Positions 11,534 to 21,613 of a DNA stretch of 64,000 bases are shown here, in pieces (the stretch's first letter is position 1; each line of letters opens with the position of its first letter). The stretch is from an uncultured delta proteobacterium (lineage in GTDB: Bacteria > Desulfobacterota > Binatia > UBA9968). A program made the translations under genes and the position numbers. The DNA lies in assembly GCA_963755715.1 (NCBI GenBank), contig CAVWLW010000036.1:32001-96000 (forward strand), in the 5' to 3' direction. Under the pieces are notes generated by a model, which saw only the letters and a list, made by a program, of their open reading frames with translations, did no database searches and was not told the origin of the DNA.

Positions 11534-12292
11534 ATGAAAACATCGGACAGAGCGGTCGGCCGAGAGCTTAAAAAATCGGTCAAAGCCATCGAGCAAGAGC
11601 TGACGATCGCCGCAAAAATACTCGACTGGGAAATCGGCGATCTATGGGGCCACGTGGGCGCGCGCTTGCCCAACGGCAAGGGAATCGCCGTAAGAATGTT
11701 TCGCCGTCCAGAGCGCGACAAGAAAGATTGGCTGGTTCATTTCGATTTTTCCTTGAAGAAGCTTTCCGGCGTCGGCACCATTCCGCGCGAAGCGGTCATC
11801 TATTCGGAGATTTTCAAAGCCCGGCCCGACGTCAACGCCGCTGTGCATTGTCACGCTTCCATGTGCATCGCGCTCAGCCTGGCGGACAAGCCCGTCGATT
11901 GGGTGCATATGCAGTCCTCACGTTTCAGCGGCGGCACGCCGATCTTTCCCCGGCCGATTTATATCTTGGACGAAGATGAAGGCGCGGCGCTTGCTCAGAG
12001 TCTAGGAGACGCGTCAGCGGTAATGATCAAAGGCCATGGCATCGTCACGGTCGGCGCGACCATCGACGAAGCTTGCATCAACGCCCTCTACATGGAACGC
12101 ACCGCCAAAATCATCGCCATCGCCGGCCTGCACGGCTACCAGGGGCCGACGCCGGACTCGATCGAAACTCTGACCGCGAGCCGAAAAAAGCTTTTCCGCC
12201 GGCCGCGCGACGAGATGTTTCATTCCGCCGATTGGAACTACTACGCGGACAAAGTTAAACGAGGCGAGCACTGGACGAGAGGCTGGACGTGA
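11534..12292 (+). CDS. Class II aldolase/adducin family protein
   Basis: GHVGAR, ARPDVNAAVHCH, KGHGIVT motifs. Confidence 0.85.
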   Translation: MKTSDRAVGRELKKSVKAIEQELTIAAKILDWEIGDLWGHVGARLPNGKGIAVRMFRRPERDKKDWLVHFDFSLKKLSGVGTIPREAVIYSEIFKARPDVNAAVHCHASMCIALSLADKPVDWVHMQSSRFSGGTPIFPRPIYILDEDEGAALAQSLGDASAVMIKGHGIVTVGATIDEACINALYMERTAKIIAIAGLHGYQGPTPDSIETLTASRKKLFRRPRDEMFHSADWNYYADKVKRGEHWTRGWT

Positions 12293-12295
12293 GAT

Positions 12296-12368
12296 TTAGT
12301 TTCTCGTTTCTAGTCTCTGGCTCCTAGTCTCGGAATTGAACCAACTAGAAACTTGGAACTAGAAACTT
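12296..12368. repeat. Inverted array of degenerate 7-mers (TTTCTAG/CTAGAAA)
   Basis: tagtttctcgtttctagt ... actagaaacttggaactagaaact. Confidence 0.65.
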
Positions 12369-12390
12369 CGGATAAACGAGGTTACCCGGC

Positions 12391-13378
12391 ATGCTGTATC
12401 AACGGTTGTGCATCGTCCTGCTGCTGTTGCTGTTTCCGATAAATTCGCTCGCCCAAGAAACTTATCTGGTTGCCTACGCCGGCTTCGCAGGCTTTCAGGC
12501 GCCGGTGTGGGCGCCCAAAGACCTCGGGTTGTTTTCAAAATATGGCTTTAACGGCGACGTCGTGCTCGTTCCGGGTTCTGTGCGGCAAATTCAAGCCGTG
12601 CTCGGCGGCAGCATTCACCTCGCCCAGATTGACGCCGCCACGGGAATCAACGCGATCAGCCAGGGCGCGGATATCGTCATGATTTCCGGGACGCTCAACA
12701 ATTTTCCGTACAGCTTCGTGACCCAGAAAGAGATTCGTAAGCCGGAGGATCTGACCGGCAAGAAGATCGGTATTTTGGCGGTCGGCGGCGCCACTGAAAC
12801 CGCTACTTTTCTCGCTTCTCAAAGCATGGAATATAGCGCGCCAGTCGGTGACGATTTTTCCCGCCGGCGATTCTGCGGCGCGGATCGTCGCGCTTTCCGC
12901 GAGAGCCATTGATGCCACCATGTTGTCTTATCCTGACATCAATGAAGCGCTGCGGCTGGGCATGCACGAGCTTGTAAAAATGCCTGATGTCAAAGGAACG
13001 TCCTTTCCGATGAATGTCATGATCGCGCGCCGCTCTTTTGTCGAAAAAAACCGCGATACGGTGAAGCGCTTTCAACAAGCCTATGCCGAAGGCACTTACC
13101 AATTCATGACCAGCCGAGAAAAAGGACTCGCGGTGCTCTCCAAGCGATTAAGATTTAAAAATCCCAAGGGGCTCGAAGAAACCTACGATTACTTTGCCAA
13201 GAGTTTTGCGATGCCGACGCGCGTGTCGCAGGAAGGCTTGCGCAACACCCTGGAAATCATCGCGCAGCGAAATCCGGCCGTGAAAGTCGACATGAACATC
13301 GGCAAATACCTCGACGAAAGCATCGTCGACGAGTTGGAACGCGAAGGATTTTTCAAGCGTTTGCTCGGAAAGAGCTAA
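12391..13378 (+). CDS. ABC substrate-binding protein, SsuA/NMT1 type; +1 frameshift near 12815
   Basis: ORFs 12391..12912 and 12848..13378 join as ...TFLALKAWNIARQSVTIF... Confidence 0.82.
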
Positions 13379-14472
13379 TGAACAATCGACCGTTTCAATT
13401 TTGTCGGGGCAACCCCCTGTGGTTGCCCGTTTCGAAAAGACCGCAGACAATCAAACTACGCTATTGGCTGCTACTGTTTCTTTTTGTGTTTCCGTTCGTA
13501 ATACGAGCCGCCGAAGTACCGGCGAAAGTCGCCAAACTCATCAAGCTTCGCGTCAGTCAATCGACGCTCAACACGCGCGCGGCGATTCTCTGGATCGCCC
13601 AAGCGCAGGGTTTGTTCGCTAAATACGGCGTCGATGCCGAAACGGTTTTTCTCGCAAGCAGCAACATTCAAACCGCTGCATTGGCGACCGGCGAAGTCCA
13701 GATCGGCACCATCGGCGGCGCGACGGTGCTCTCGGGTGTCGCGGGAGGTCAAAGTTTCAGAATCGTCGCCAGTCCGAGTAACCAGCTGCCCTACGATCTA
13801 GTCGCGCGGCCCGAGATCAAAGACGGCAAAGATATCCGCGGCAAGCGCATCGGCGTGACCAGCGTCGGCGGCACAACTTGGATGGCGGCCAACCTGGCAC
13901 TGCAAAACTTTGGCTTGGAACCGGGCCGCGACGATGTGAAGATCAACGCCATCGGTAATCAAGGCATCTTGATCCAAGCCATCGAAGGCGGCAGCGTCGA
14001 CCTGGCAATCGTCGACCCGTTTTTTAGCCGCCGGCTTAAACAGAAAGGGTACAAAGTGATGCTCGAGCTGCATCGCTCCAATATTCCTTTCATCACCACC
14101 AGCGTGGTGACGACGGCAACTTACTTACGCGACCACGAAGATCACGTCGAAAGATTCCTGCGCGCTTTTCTCGAAGCGCAGGCCTTTACTAGCAAACCGG
14201 AAAACAAACCGGCGGTGCTGCGAACCGTCACGATGAAAATGAAAATCACGGATCCCGCGACGGCCGAAGAGGGTTACCAGGACCTGTTGGTCGGCAACGA
14301 GAAAAAGCCTTATCCGTCCATCGAGGCGCTGCGCAATGTGCAAAAGCTCATGGCGCCGATGAATCCCAAAGTCGCCGGCTTGAAGCCGGAAGAGATTGTC
14401 GAACCGCGAATTATTCGCCGCCTCGACGAGAGCGGTTTTATCGATTCTCTATACGATTCGAAGAAGCGGTAG
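13378..14472 (+). CDS. ABC substrate-binding protein, SsuA/NMT1 type
   Basis: GLFAKYGVD, IRGKRIGVT, LDESGFID; start overlaps upstream stop (TAATG). Confidence 0.87.
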   Translation: MNNRPFQFCRGNPLWLPVSKRPQTIKLRYWLLLFLFVFPFVIRAAEVPAKVAKLIKLRVSQSTLNTRAAILWIAQAQGLFAKYGVDAETVFLASSNIQTAALATGEVQIGTIGGATVLSGVAGGQSFRIVASPSNQLPYDLVARPEIKDGKDIRGKRIGVTSVGGTTWMAANLALQNFGLEPGRDDVKINAIGNQGILIQAIEGGSVDLAIVDPFFSRRLKQKGYKVMLELHRSNIPFITTSVVTTATYLRDHEDHVERFLRAFLEAQAFTSKPENKPAVLRTVTMKMKITDPATAEEGYQDLLVGNEKKPYPSIEALRNVQKLMAPMNPKVAGLKPEEIVEPRIIRRLDESGFIDSLYDSKKR

Positions 14473-14641
14473 CGTTGATCAGTAAGGGTTAGGAGTTCCA
14501 CGCTCTACACCTGACGATAATTTCCCTTGCGTCTCGCGCCTTCATCGCCTCTGCCTTGACTCTTCGACGAGCCGTACACTATAAATCGGAAAAGTAAAAA
14601 AGACGTTTCATCCAAGTCGGCGCCGGAAAGGGATTACGCCA

Positions 14642-15649
14642 ATGCGCAAGTATTCTGCTCTACTGTTTGGATGGCTGCTGTTTTTGAACGGCCAGTTTGT
14701 CTTCGCCCAGTCAGCGCAAACCGTCGCAGCAGCGAAAAAGGAGGGCGGCAAAGTCATTCTATACACTTCCATGGAGACCTTTACCGCCGACGCTCTAAAA
14801 GCCGCATTCGAAAAAAAAACCGGCTTACAAGTGGACTATTGGCGCGGCGGATCGACGGAAGTGCTCGACCGCGTGCTGAGCGAGCACCGCGTCGGCAAAC
14901 CGGTATTTGACGTGGTCGCGATCACCGGCGACCATATGCGCCTGATGGCCAATGAGGGCGCCATTGGCAAATATGAATCGCCGTCGCTCAAAGCATTTGC
15001 TAAGGACGCCATCGATCCGGTGCTCGGCGCGCGCTACCGCAACATCATGTACGGCGTGATTTATAACAAAGCCATGCTCAAGCCGGGTGAATACCCGAAA
15101 ACGCTCGAAGATATCGTCAAACCGGAGTATCGCGGCAAGTTGGTCATGCCACACCCCACCGGCCACACGCTGACCACCCAGTGGCTCGCAAGCCTGGATA
15201 AGATCATGGCTAAACCGCGCGCCGAGAAATTCATCCACGACCTCGCCGCCGCCAAACCGATCTTCGTCGAATCGATCGTGCCGGCCGCTGACCGTGTCGG
15301 CACAGGCGAAACTCCCGTCGGCATCACCTTCGCGCGTTTTGTGCTCACCTACAATAAACAGGGCGCCAACCTCGATTACATTCGCGACTACAATATGCTC
15401 GGCGACGGGCAGTACATCAACATCGGCGCCAAAGCGCCCCGCCCGGCCACTGCCAAGGCATTCATTGATTTCTTCCTTGACGAAGAGAGCATGAAGATCC
15501 AGGCCGACACCGGCGAGTTCGTCAACCGCAAAGGCGTCTATCCGCCGCTCGCCGACGCCGATAAAATCAAATTCGTGCAGATGTACAGTTTCGGCAAAGA
15601 AGATTTCGAAGCGAAGAAGAAGGAATATCAGAAAATCTTTTTTCAGTAG
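14642..15649 (+). CDS. Extracellular solute-binding protein, AfuA/Fe3+-thiamine class
   Basis: Signal peptide, AAAKKEGGKVILYTS, PKTLEDIVKPEYRGK, AKAFIDFFL. Confidence 0.85.
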   Translation: MRKYSALLFGWLLFLNGQFVFAQSAQTVAAAKKEGGKVILYTSMETFTADALKAAFEKKTGLQVDYWRGGSTEVLDRVLSEHRVGKPVFDVVAITGDHMRLMANEGAIGKYESPSLKAFAKDAIDPVLGARYRNIMYGVIYNKAMLKPGEYPKTLEDIVKPEYRGKLVMPHPTGHTLTTQWLASLDKIMAKPRAEKFIHDLAAAKPIFVESIVPAADRVGTGETPVGITFARFVLTYNKQGANLDYIRDYNMLGDGQYINIGAKAPRPATAKAFIDFFLDEESMKIQADTGEFVNRKGVYPPLADADKIKFVQMYSFGKEDFEAKKKEYQKIFFQ

Positions 15650-15680
15650 CCGCGAGCCAAATTGACTTACTCAAATCCAA

Positions 15681-15783
15681 AGATTTCTCAGTCGCTTCGC
15701 TTCTTCGAAATGACAATAGGAGCGCACTGATTCAAAGCTGTCATTTCGACCGCTCTTGTCATTTCGACCGAAGGGAGAAATCC
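15681..15783. repeat. REP-like palindromic element (TGTCATTTCGA...GAGAAATC family)
   Basis: agatttctc...cgaaatgaca followed by tgtcatttcgacc x2 ...gggagaaatcc; relative at 34251. Confidence 0.7.
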
Positions 15784-15849
15784 TTCTTCGCAATTTTAGA
15801 ATGAAACCGCAGATCAAGTGATCCAGTAGAATTTTAGGAGGAAAGCGTA

Positions 15850-16923
15850 ATGGCGCAATTCGTTATCGACGCAGACGGCCACATCATGGAAGACCACAAG
15901 GATATTTTCGCTCACATCAAAGGCAACTTCAGCGAAATGGATTGGCACTCTACGTGGCCGATGTTCGACGCCGACGGCTGGCAGCGCGGCCTGGCGCGCA
16001 AAGGCAAGCGCGAAGATCCCGACGCCGAGGCGTGGGTACGATTTCAAAACGAACATGGCATCGACTGCGCCGTGCTCTATCCCACTTCCGCGTTGGCGAT
16101 TGGAATGATCCAACTCCCAGCGTGGGCGTCTGCAATCGCGCAAGGCTACAACGACTGGCTCTACGACCGCTTCACCAGCCAATCGCCGCGCTTAAAAGGC
16201 GTCGCCTTGCTCGCGCCGCAGGATCCGAAGGCCGCCGCAGCGGAATTGCGCCGCTGCGTGAAAGAGCTGGGCTTCAGCGCCGGGCTTTTACCGTCCGTGA
16301 CGAATAACCGAACGCCGCTCTACGGTTCTCCGGTGTTTCATGAAATCTATGACGAAGCCCAGCGCCTCGACGTGCCGCTCACGATCCACGGCGGCGTCAG
16401 CCAAAATCTCGGCCTCGACCGCGTGGCGAGTTTTTTGGAAGCGCACATGCTCGAGCATCCCGTCGGGTTATTTCTGCAAATCACCAACATGATGTTTCAA
16501 GGCGTTTTTCAAGAGTTCCCCAAGCTGCGCATGGCCTACCTCGAAGCCGGCGCCGGCTGGGTGCCGTTCATGATGGACCGCATGGAAGAAGACTACGAAA
16601 AATTCGCCGCCCGCCTCGCGCCGCAACTGAAAAATCCACCGAGCCATTTCTTCAAGAGCGGCAACATCTTCGTCACCATGGAAGTCGAGGAGCGCACCGC
16701 GCCGTACATCGCCGACTTAGTTCATCCTGACGTCATCATGTGGGCCTCCGACTTCCCGCACGAACGCGAACGCGACCAATTCGGCGGCGACCTGCCCCAC
16801 CTCTACGCGCGCAAAGATCTTTCCGATGATTTCAAAAGAAAAATGCTCTACGACAACCCGGTGAGATTTTATCGCTTCAGCGAAGGCGATATCGCGGCAG
16901 CGAGGAAAGCAAAGGGGAACTAA
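15850..16923 (+). CDS. Amidohydrolase family 2 protein
   Basis: IDADGH, LEAGAGWVP, WASDFPH motifs; AGGAGG RBS. Confidence 0.9.
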   Translation: MAQFVIDADGHIMEDHKDIFAHIKGNFSEMDWHSTWPMFDADGWQRGLARKGKREDPDAEAWVRFQNEHGIDCAVLYPTSALAIGMIQLPAWASAIAQGYNDWLYDRFTSQSPRLKGVALLAPQDPKAAAAELRRCVKELGFSAGLLPSVTNNRTPLYGSPVFHEIYDEAQRLDVPLTIHGGVSQNLGLDRVASFLEAHMLEHPVGLFLQITNMMFQGVFQEFPKLRMAYLEAGAGWVPFMMDRMEEDYEKFAARLAPQLKNPPSHFFKSGNIFVTMEVEERTAPYIADLVHPDVIMWASDFPHERERDQFGGDLPHLYARKDLSDDFKRKMLYDNPVRFYRFSEGDIAAARKAKGN

Positions 16924-16952
16924 CGTTAAAGTTAATCCAGCACTTTCTGTCT

Positions 16953-16990
16953 AACGGCGTCGTGGTTCTCACGACGCCGTTTGTTTTATT
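16953..16990 (+). terminator. Intrinsic terminator (possibly bidirectional)
   Basis: 12-bp stem aacggcgtcgtg/cacgacgccgtt followed by tgttttatt, between convergent genes. Confidence 0.75.
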
Positions 16991-17110
16991 GAAACGTTCT
17001 GCTAACCACAAAAGGTGCTTGTAGCGGTGCAGGAAGCATCGTCGGGCACACTGTAATAGGCGCTTCAAGCGCGAAAGCTTTTGATGGTCTTGGCCAGCTT
17101 CGGCCCGCAT

Positions 17111-17629
17111 TCATTTATTGACCTCGAACCGCAGCTCTGACTTTGCTTCGGACTTTCCGTTCAAGTCGCGAGCCACAGCGGTAATTCGATACGTCCCCGG
17201 CGGATCATTTGGCTCGATGACGAGGCCCATGTAGCTGCGGCTGAGCTGGGTATATCCAGCTCTCGGCGCAGGTTTCTGTTGCCACAGCTCAACGCCACGC
17301 ATTTCACCGTATACCTTTCCCCGTGGATCGTAAGCAACGATGTCAATAAGGGCATTGCAGTTGCCAGACACATCGGGCTTACAACCCTTGAAGAGGACGA
17401 CTGCTGAAAGGAACTGCCCGCGCCGAACGACTTTGATTGATTGAACGCTAAAGGGCTTTCCCGTCGGGCGATCCCAATTGTTGAAAAGCTCATCACCTTT
17501 TGAGGTGACATGAATGCTGATCTCAAAGAAGGCGTTGGCAGATTCTGACGTGACCCCTTTGGTTAACACGGGAAAACCTGCCCATGCGACCGAAGTCACA
17601 ACTATAAGAAATATTCCAACCTCCTTCAT
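17111..17629 (-). CDS. Exported hypothetical protein
   Basis: Signal peptide (..VAWAG), beta-rich Ig-like tail PPGTYRITAVARD. Confidence 0.65.
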   Translation of the reverse strand: MKEVGIFLIVVTSVAWAGFPVLTKGVTSESANAFFEISIHVTSKGDELFNNWDRPTGKPFSVQSIKVVRRGQFLSAVVLFKGCKPDVSGNCNALIDIVAYDPRGKVYGEMRGVELWQQKPAPRAGYTQLSRSYMGLVIEPNDPPGTYRITAVARDLNGKSEAKSELRFEVNK

Positions 17630-17780
17630 TTGGGATGTGCGATCCAAGATTAAGTGAGCATCGACAATAAAGCCCAAATCGCTCGCAATATCAGGGAGCT
17701 ACCCTGCGCTTTTCACATTCTGCGGACCATCAGACGCTGCCTGAGCGGCGGCCTATTTCGGCCAAAGTATATGAATGAGC

Positions 17781-18856
17781 TTACCGCCCCATCAACTTCT
17801 TCACGAACCCTTCGTCTTCGAGCTTCTTCAAATATCGATCGCTGATGTAATTTTTCGCGTCGATCTTGCCAAGCTTTGGCTCGGCTTCGACGAGCGGATC
17901 GATAACGGCTTGCATCGCTGAATCGCTGATGTAATTTTTCGCGTCGATCTTGCCAAGCTTTGGCTCGGCTTCGACGAGCGGATCGATAACGGCCTGCATC
18001 GCTTTCAGCGACGGATACGGTATGTCTGGAATTTTGTTCTTGTTGTAGTCGTACGCTTCCTTCAGCAAGTCCTGATCGCTCACGCGGCTGAATTGCGCTA
18101 GCGCTTTCAGCGTGTACTCCGGCTCGGTTTTGAAGATCTTGATCGCTTCGAGATAGGCGCGCAGGAAGTTGAGAATCCTGCCTTCGTTTTTCTGCAGCAC
18201 TTTGGCGCTGCCGCACATGCCCGTGTTGAAGTAAGGAATGCCCAGCGCGCCGGCGTCGGCGAGGATGTTGAAATTGAATTTCTTCGCCACGTTGCCAAAA
18301 GGCGCGTTGAACACCGAGCCATCGATAGTGCCCGATTTGAGCGCTGCCAGTCGCTCCGATTCGTTGCCGATCTGCAGAATCGTCACTTCTTTAGGATCGA
18401 TACCAAGCCGTTTCAAAAGTGTTCGCGTGCCGAAATCTGCCGATGACGCGAATCGGCTGATGCCTAAACGTTTGCCTTTGAGATCGGCGGGATTTCTGAT
18501 TTCGCGCCGCGTCGCCAGTTGATAACCCATGCGATCGTCGGTCATCGCGATGTAAAGAATATCGGCGCCGCGCAAATTAGCCGCAACACCCGGCGCGCCG
18601 GTGAGCTGCCCCAAATCAATGTCGCCGGACACCATCGTCTGCACGACCGTGCTCCCGCCGGGAATGTAAACGACCACCGAAGAGAGTCCGTACTTCGCGA
18701 AACAGGCCGCGCTTTTCCGCCAGCGAAACCAACAGCGCATGAGGATTAACCGAGCTGTAGGCGATCCGGATCGTATCGGCGGCGGACACACAGGCCGGAA
18801 AAACTCAGAAAAAATAGCCCCAAAGGCAAGACTGCCTGCGCGAGTCGTTTCATCAT
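17781..18856 (-). CDS. ABC substrate-binding protein, SsuA/NMT1 type; two N-terminal +1 frameshifts and an internal 84-bp duplication
   Basis: Reconstructed start MMKRLAQAVLPLGLFF...AADTIRIAYSSVNPHALLVSLAEKRGLFAKYGL; LKGKRLGISRF. Confidence 0.8.
17838..18003. repeat. 84-bp tandem duplication inside the SBP gene
   Basis: Two copies starting at 17838 and 17922 with one synonymous mismatch. Confidence 0.9.
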
Positions 18857-19023
18857 CTTCACCTTTCCGTTGGGAACTAAGTATTTTTTCAACATCCATG
18901 CGGTTTTACTCGGATACGAGCGAACCTGTCAATCCGAACGGGGCCGATTGGAATGATGAAGGATTGGAATGTAATGAGGCGGGCAGGAACGCGAGACGCC
19001 AGACTCTAAACTCTAGACTCGTC

Positions 19024-19875
19024 CTAACCGCACACGTACGCCGCGAGCGCTGCGCGCCAATCGCGCATGGGCGGCAAGCCGAGCTCTTCCGATAGAAGAC
19101 AGCGTAACGGCGTGAAGCGCGGCCGCTTGGCGACGCGCTGCATGTCGCGCTCGTGGGTGATTTCGATCAGCGCATCGATCTGCGCGCGCGGCAGTCCGAG
19201 CAGTTTCGCCGCTTCGAGGGCAAACTCGTAATAAGTGCAAGTTCCCGCGTTGACGACGTGATAAGTGCCGTAGAAACCGTTTCGCCGAATCGTCATCATC
19301 TGGTCGATCAAATCTTCGACGTAGGTCGTGCTCGACCAGATGTCATCGATGGCGCGCACCCTTTTGCCGTTTTTGAGATCATTATGCACGGTGCAAAGAA
19401 AACTGTTTTTGCCGCTGCCATAAACCCACGAGGTGCGAATGATGTAACTCTTTTCGCAAGCCCCGTGCACTGTCTCTTCACCGACGAGTTTGGTTTTGCC
19501 GTAGACGTTTACCGGCGCCGGCGCATCGGTGATCGTGTAGGGAGGCCGGCCGAGGGGCTCGCCTTCGAACGCATATTGGGTGCTGAAATGGACGATCTCC
19601 GCACCGATTTGGCTCGCCGCTTCAGCCAAAAATCCCGGACCGTCGACATTGACAGCCTTGGCCTTGACCGGATCCCGTTCCGATTCGTCAACTTGGAGCA
19701 CGGCGCAATTGATGATCAACGCCGGCTTCGTGTCTCTCACGCAATGCTCCACGGCTTGCTGATCCGTAATATCGAGATCACTGTGAGTCAGTGCCAGCAC
19801 ATCATGGGCGCGCCCCAAACTTTGCGTCATATGAGCGCCAACAAGCCCCGCCGCGCCAGTAATCAAAACTTTCAC
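19024..19875 (-). CDS. rfbD: dTDP-4-dehydrorhamnose reductase
   Basis: ITGAAGLVG, INCA, PVNVYGKTKLVGE, RTSWVYG, KRPRFTPL, WRAAL. Confidence 0.88.
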   Translation of the reverse strand: MKVLITGAAGLVGAHMTQSLGRAHDVLALTHSDLDITDQQAVEHCVRDTKPALIINCAVLQVDESERDPVKAKAVNVDGPGFLAEAASQIGAEIVHFSTQYAFEGEPLGRPPYTITDAPAPVNVYGKTKLVGEETVHGACEKSYIIRTSWVYGSGKNSFLCTVHNDLKNGKRVRAIDDIWSSTTYVEDLIDQMMTIRRNGFYGTYHVVNAGTCTYYEFALEAAKLLGLPRAQIDALIEITHERDMQRVAKRPRFTPLRCLLSEELGLPPMRDWRAALAAYVCG

Positions 19876-19939
19876 AAGACGCTGAGTCTAAAGCGAGACT
19901 CAGGGAGTGATCAAGAGGAGATGTCATGAAATGTTATTC

Positions 19940-20019
19940 CACCACGAAGGACGCGAAGAGCACGAAGGTTAGGAATATAAACGTCCGAATACTTCGTGAC
20001 CTTCGTGCGCTTCGTGGTG
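19940..20019. repeat. Inverted 9-mer repeat element (CACGAAG family)
   Basis: caccacgaaggacgcgaagagcacgaag ... cttcgtgaccttcgtgcgcttcgtggtg; near-identical copy at 50543. Confidence 0.8.
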
Positions 20020-20038
20020 AAGACATCAACTGAGTCGC

Positions 20039-21022
20039 TTAGGCGGGCAGCGCAAAGCGCTTGAAGAAATTCCACATCTCCTGATTGGCATCGATGATCT
20101 CGGTTGACGGACCGAGGATGCGCTCCATGAATTTCTGCTTGCCGCCGGGCCAGACATGGCCTGCGCCGGTCAGTTTCCAGAGATCGACTTCAGCGCCGTC
20201 GCGGCAGTGTGAATAGACGTAACGAGTAGCACTTTGACCGCTGCCCTCGCGTCCGGCGCGACGGTCGACCACTGCGGGCTCCGCTGAACAGCCGTTGTAC
20301 TTCACCCAGCGCGCGATCATCTGATCTATATTGGGGTGAAACACTTGGCTCTTGGTCAGCGGAAACGGCGGTCCGAGTCCGCCGGCATATAGAGCGCGCG
20401 GGTCGTCGACGCTGTGAATATGCATCACCGGGACAGCCCGCGTCGATTTCATCCCGGGCACAACCATTCCACCTGCCACCGGTGCTATAGCGGCGATCAG
20501 GTCCCCGGCTTCGGCCGCGAGCCGATGCGACATCATCGCGCCATTGGAAAGTCCGGTCGCATAGATGCGGCGCCGGTCGATAGGAATCGATTCAGCCAAT
20601 TTGCTGATCAGCGCGCGCACGAAGCCGACATCGTCGACGTTGTTGATGACCGCGTAGGCGCAGCAGGTGCCGGCATTCCACGTCAGCAGCCGTTTGCCGA
20701 AGCGTCCGCTGCCGTTGGGATAGACGGCGACGAACGTCTCACGATCGGCGAGCCGATCCATCAGTGAATATTCCTGCTCGTTGGCGCCGTGACCACCGCC
20801 GCCGTGAAAATTTAGAACGACAGGGATGTCGCGCTTGTCAATTGCGTGCGGCGGAACATGAACGATCGCACTACGCTCGCGCTTCTCATGCGTTAAAGTG
20901 ATCGCGTGATCGCCGGGAGAGAAATAGTCGGCGAACGCGTTCCCATCGACGAAAATAAGGCAGCCGATAATAATAACGATGAAACTGGCAGGAGATTTGA
21001 GGTATCCGAAAGGTTGCGTCAT
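20039..21022 (-). CDS. LpqC/PHB depolymerase family esterase (secreted alpha/beta hydrolase)
   Basis: FHGGGG, WNAGTCC, GLSNGAMM nucleophile motif, GHVWPGG. Confidence 0.88.
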   Translation of the reverse strand: MTQPFGYLKSPASFIVIIIGCLIFVDGNAFADYFSPGDHAITLTHEKRERSAIVHVPPHAIDKRDIPVVLNFHGGGGHGANEQEYSLMDRLADRETFVAVYPNGSGRFGKRLLTWNAGTCCAYAVINNVDDVGFVRALISKLAESIPIDRRRIYATGLSNGAMMSHRLAAEAGDLIAAIAPVAGGMVVPGMKSTRAVPVMHIHSVDDPRALYAGGLGPPFPLTKSQVFHPNIDQMIARWVKYNGCSAEPAVVDRRAGREGSGQSATRYVYSHCRDGAEVDLWKLTGAGHVWPGGKQKFMERILGPSTEIIDANQEMWNFFKRFALPA

Positions 21023-21079
21023 GCGTCGGCTTCTCAATCGAGTGTCTGTATGAGCTCCAGCGTCGATGACGCCAACGCA

Positions 21080-21111
21080 AAAATTCAATGGGGGGCATTG
21101 GCCCCCCATTG
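21080..21111 (-). terminator. Intrinsic terminator
   Basis: Stem caatggggggc/gccccccattg followed by aatttttg on the minus strand, downstream of the glycine-zipper gene. Confidence 0.6.
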
Positions 21112-21131
21112 GTTAAATATCAAGTCGGAAA

Positions 21132-21494
21132 TTAATATTCGGGCCGGCGGCGAAGCTGGTCAATGTCGCGGCGCTGATTTTCAAGGTCCTGCTGATTCCG
21201 ATAAATCTGCTGGTCTTGATCGTAAGCGGCATTGTCCCGTCCCTGCAGTTGATCGCCGATCAAACCGCCCGCGCCCGCGCCTAGTACCGTGCCGATCATC
21301 GCGCCCGCTAATGGATGATGCACTGCCGAGCCGATTAGTCCGCCGACGCTGGCGCCGCCTAGCGCGCCGATACCGGCGCCCTTTTCCCGCGTCGTTAACG
21401 CTCCCCCGGCGCACCCGGTCACCAATGTGGCGGCGATAGCGATAGTCGCAATAAGTGAGGAACTTCTTTTCAGAGCACTCGCGTTAGCATTCAT
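21132..21494 (-). CDS. Glycine zipper lipoprotein
   Basis: Lipobox VTGC, GAGIGALGGA..GGLIG repeats, coiled-coil tail; AGGAGG RBS. Confidence 0.85.
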   Translation of the reverse strand: MNANASALKRSSSLIATIAIAATLVTGCAGGALTTREKGAGIGALGGASVGGLIGSAVHHPLAGAMIGTVLGAGAGGLIGDQLQGRDNAAYDQDQQIYRNQQDLENQRRDIDQLRRRPEY

Positions 21495-21613
21495 GGCATT
21501 GAGCCTCCTTGAACCCTTAGACGCGGCAGCGCCAATTTTGTTTACGCGAGTTAACTTGTCAGAAGCACAGGAAAACTGACAAATGGGGCCAGAAATGCGG
21601 GAAGCGAGCCGAG

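Noticed and set aside
16990-17780. Exported hypothetical gene as an integron cassette
   Set aside because: No convincing attC (paired RYYYAAC/GTTRRRY with internal dyad) and no integrase.
19940-20019. Short periodic repeats as a CRISPR array
   Set aside because: Units are 7-9 bp in inverted arrangement, with no unique spacers and no cas genes.
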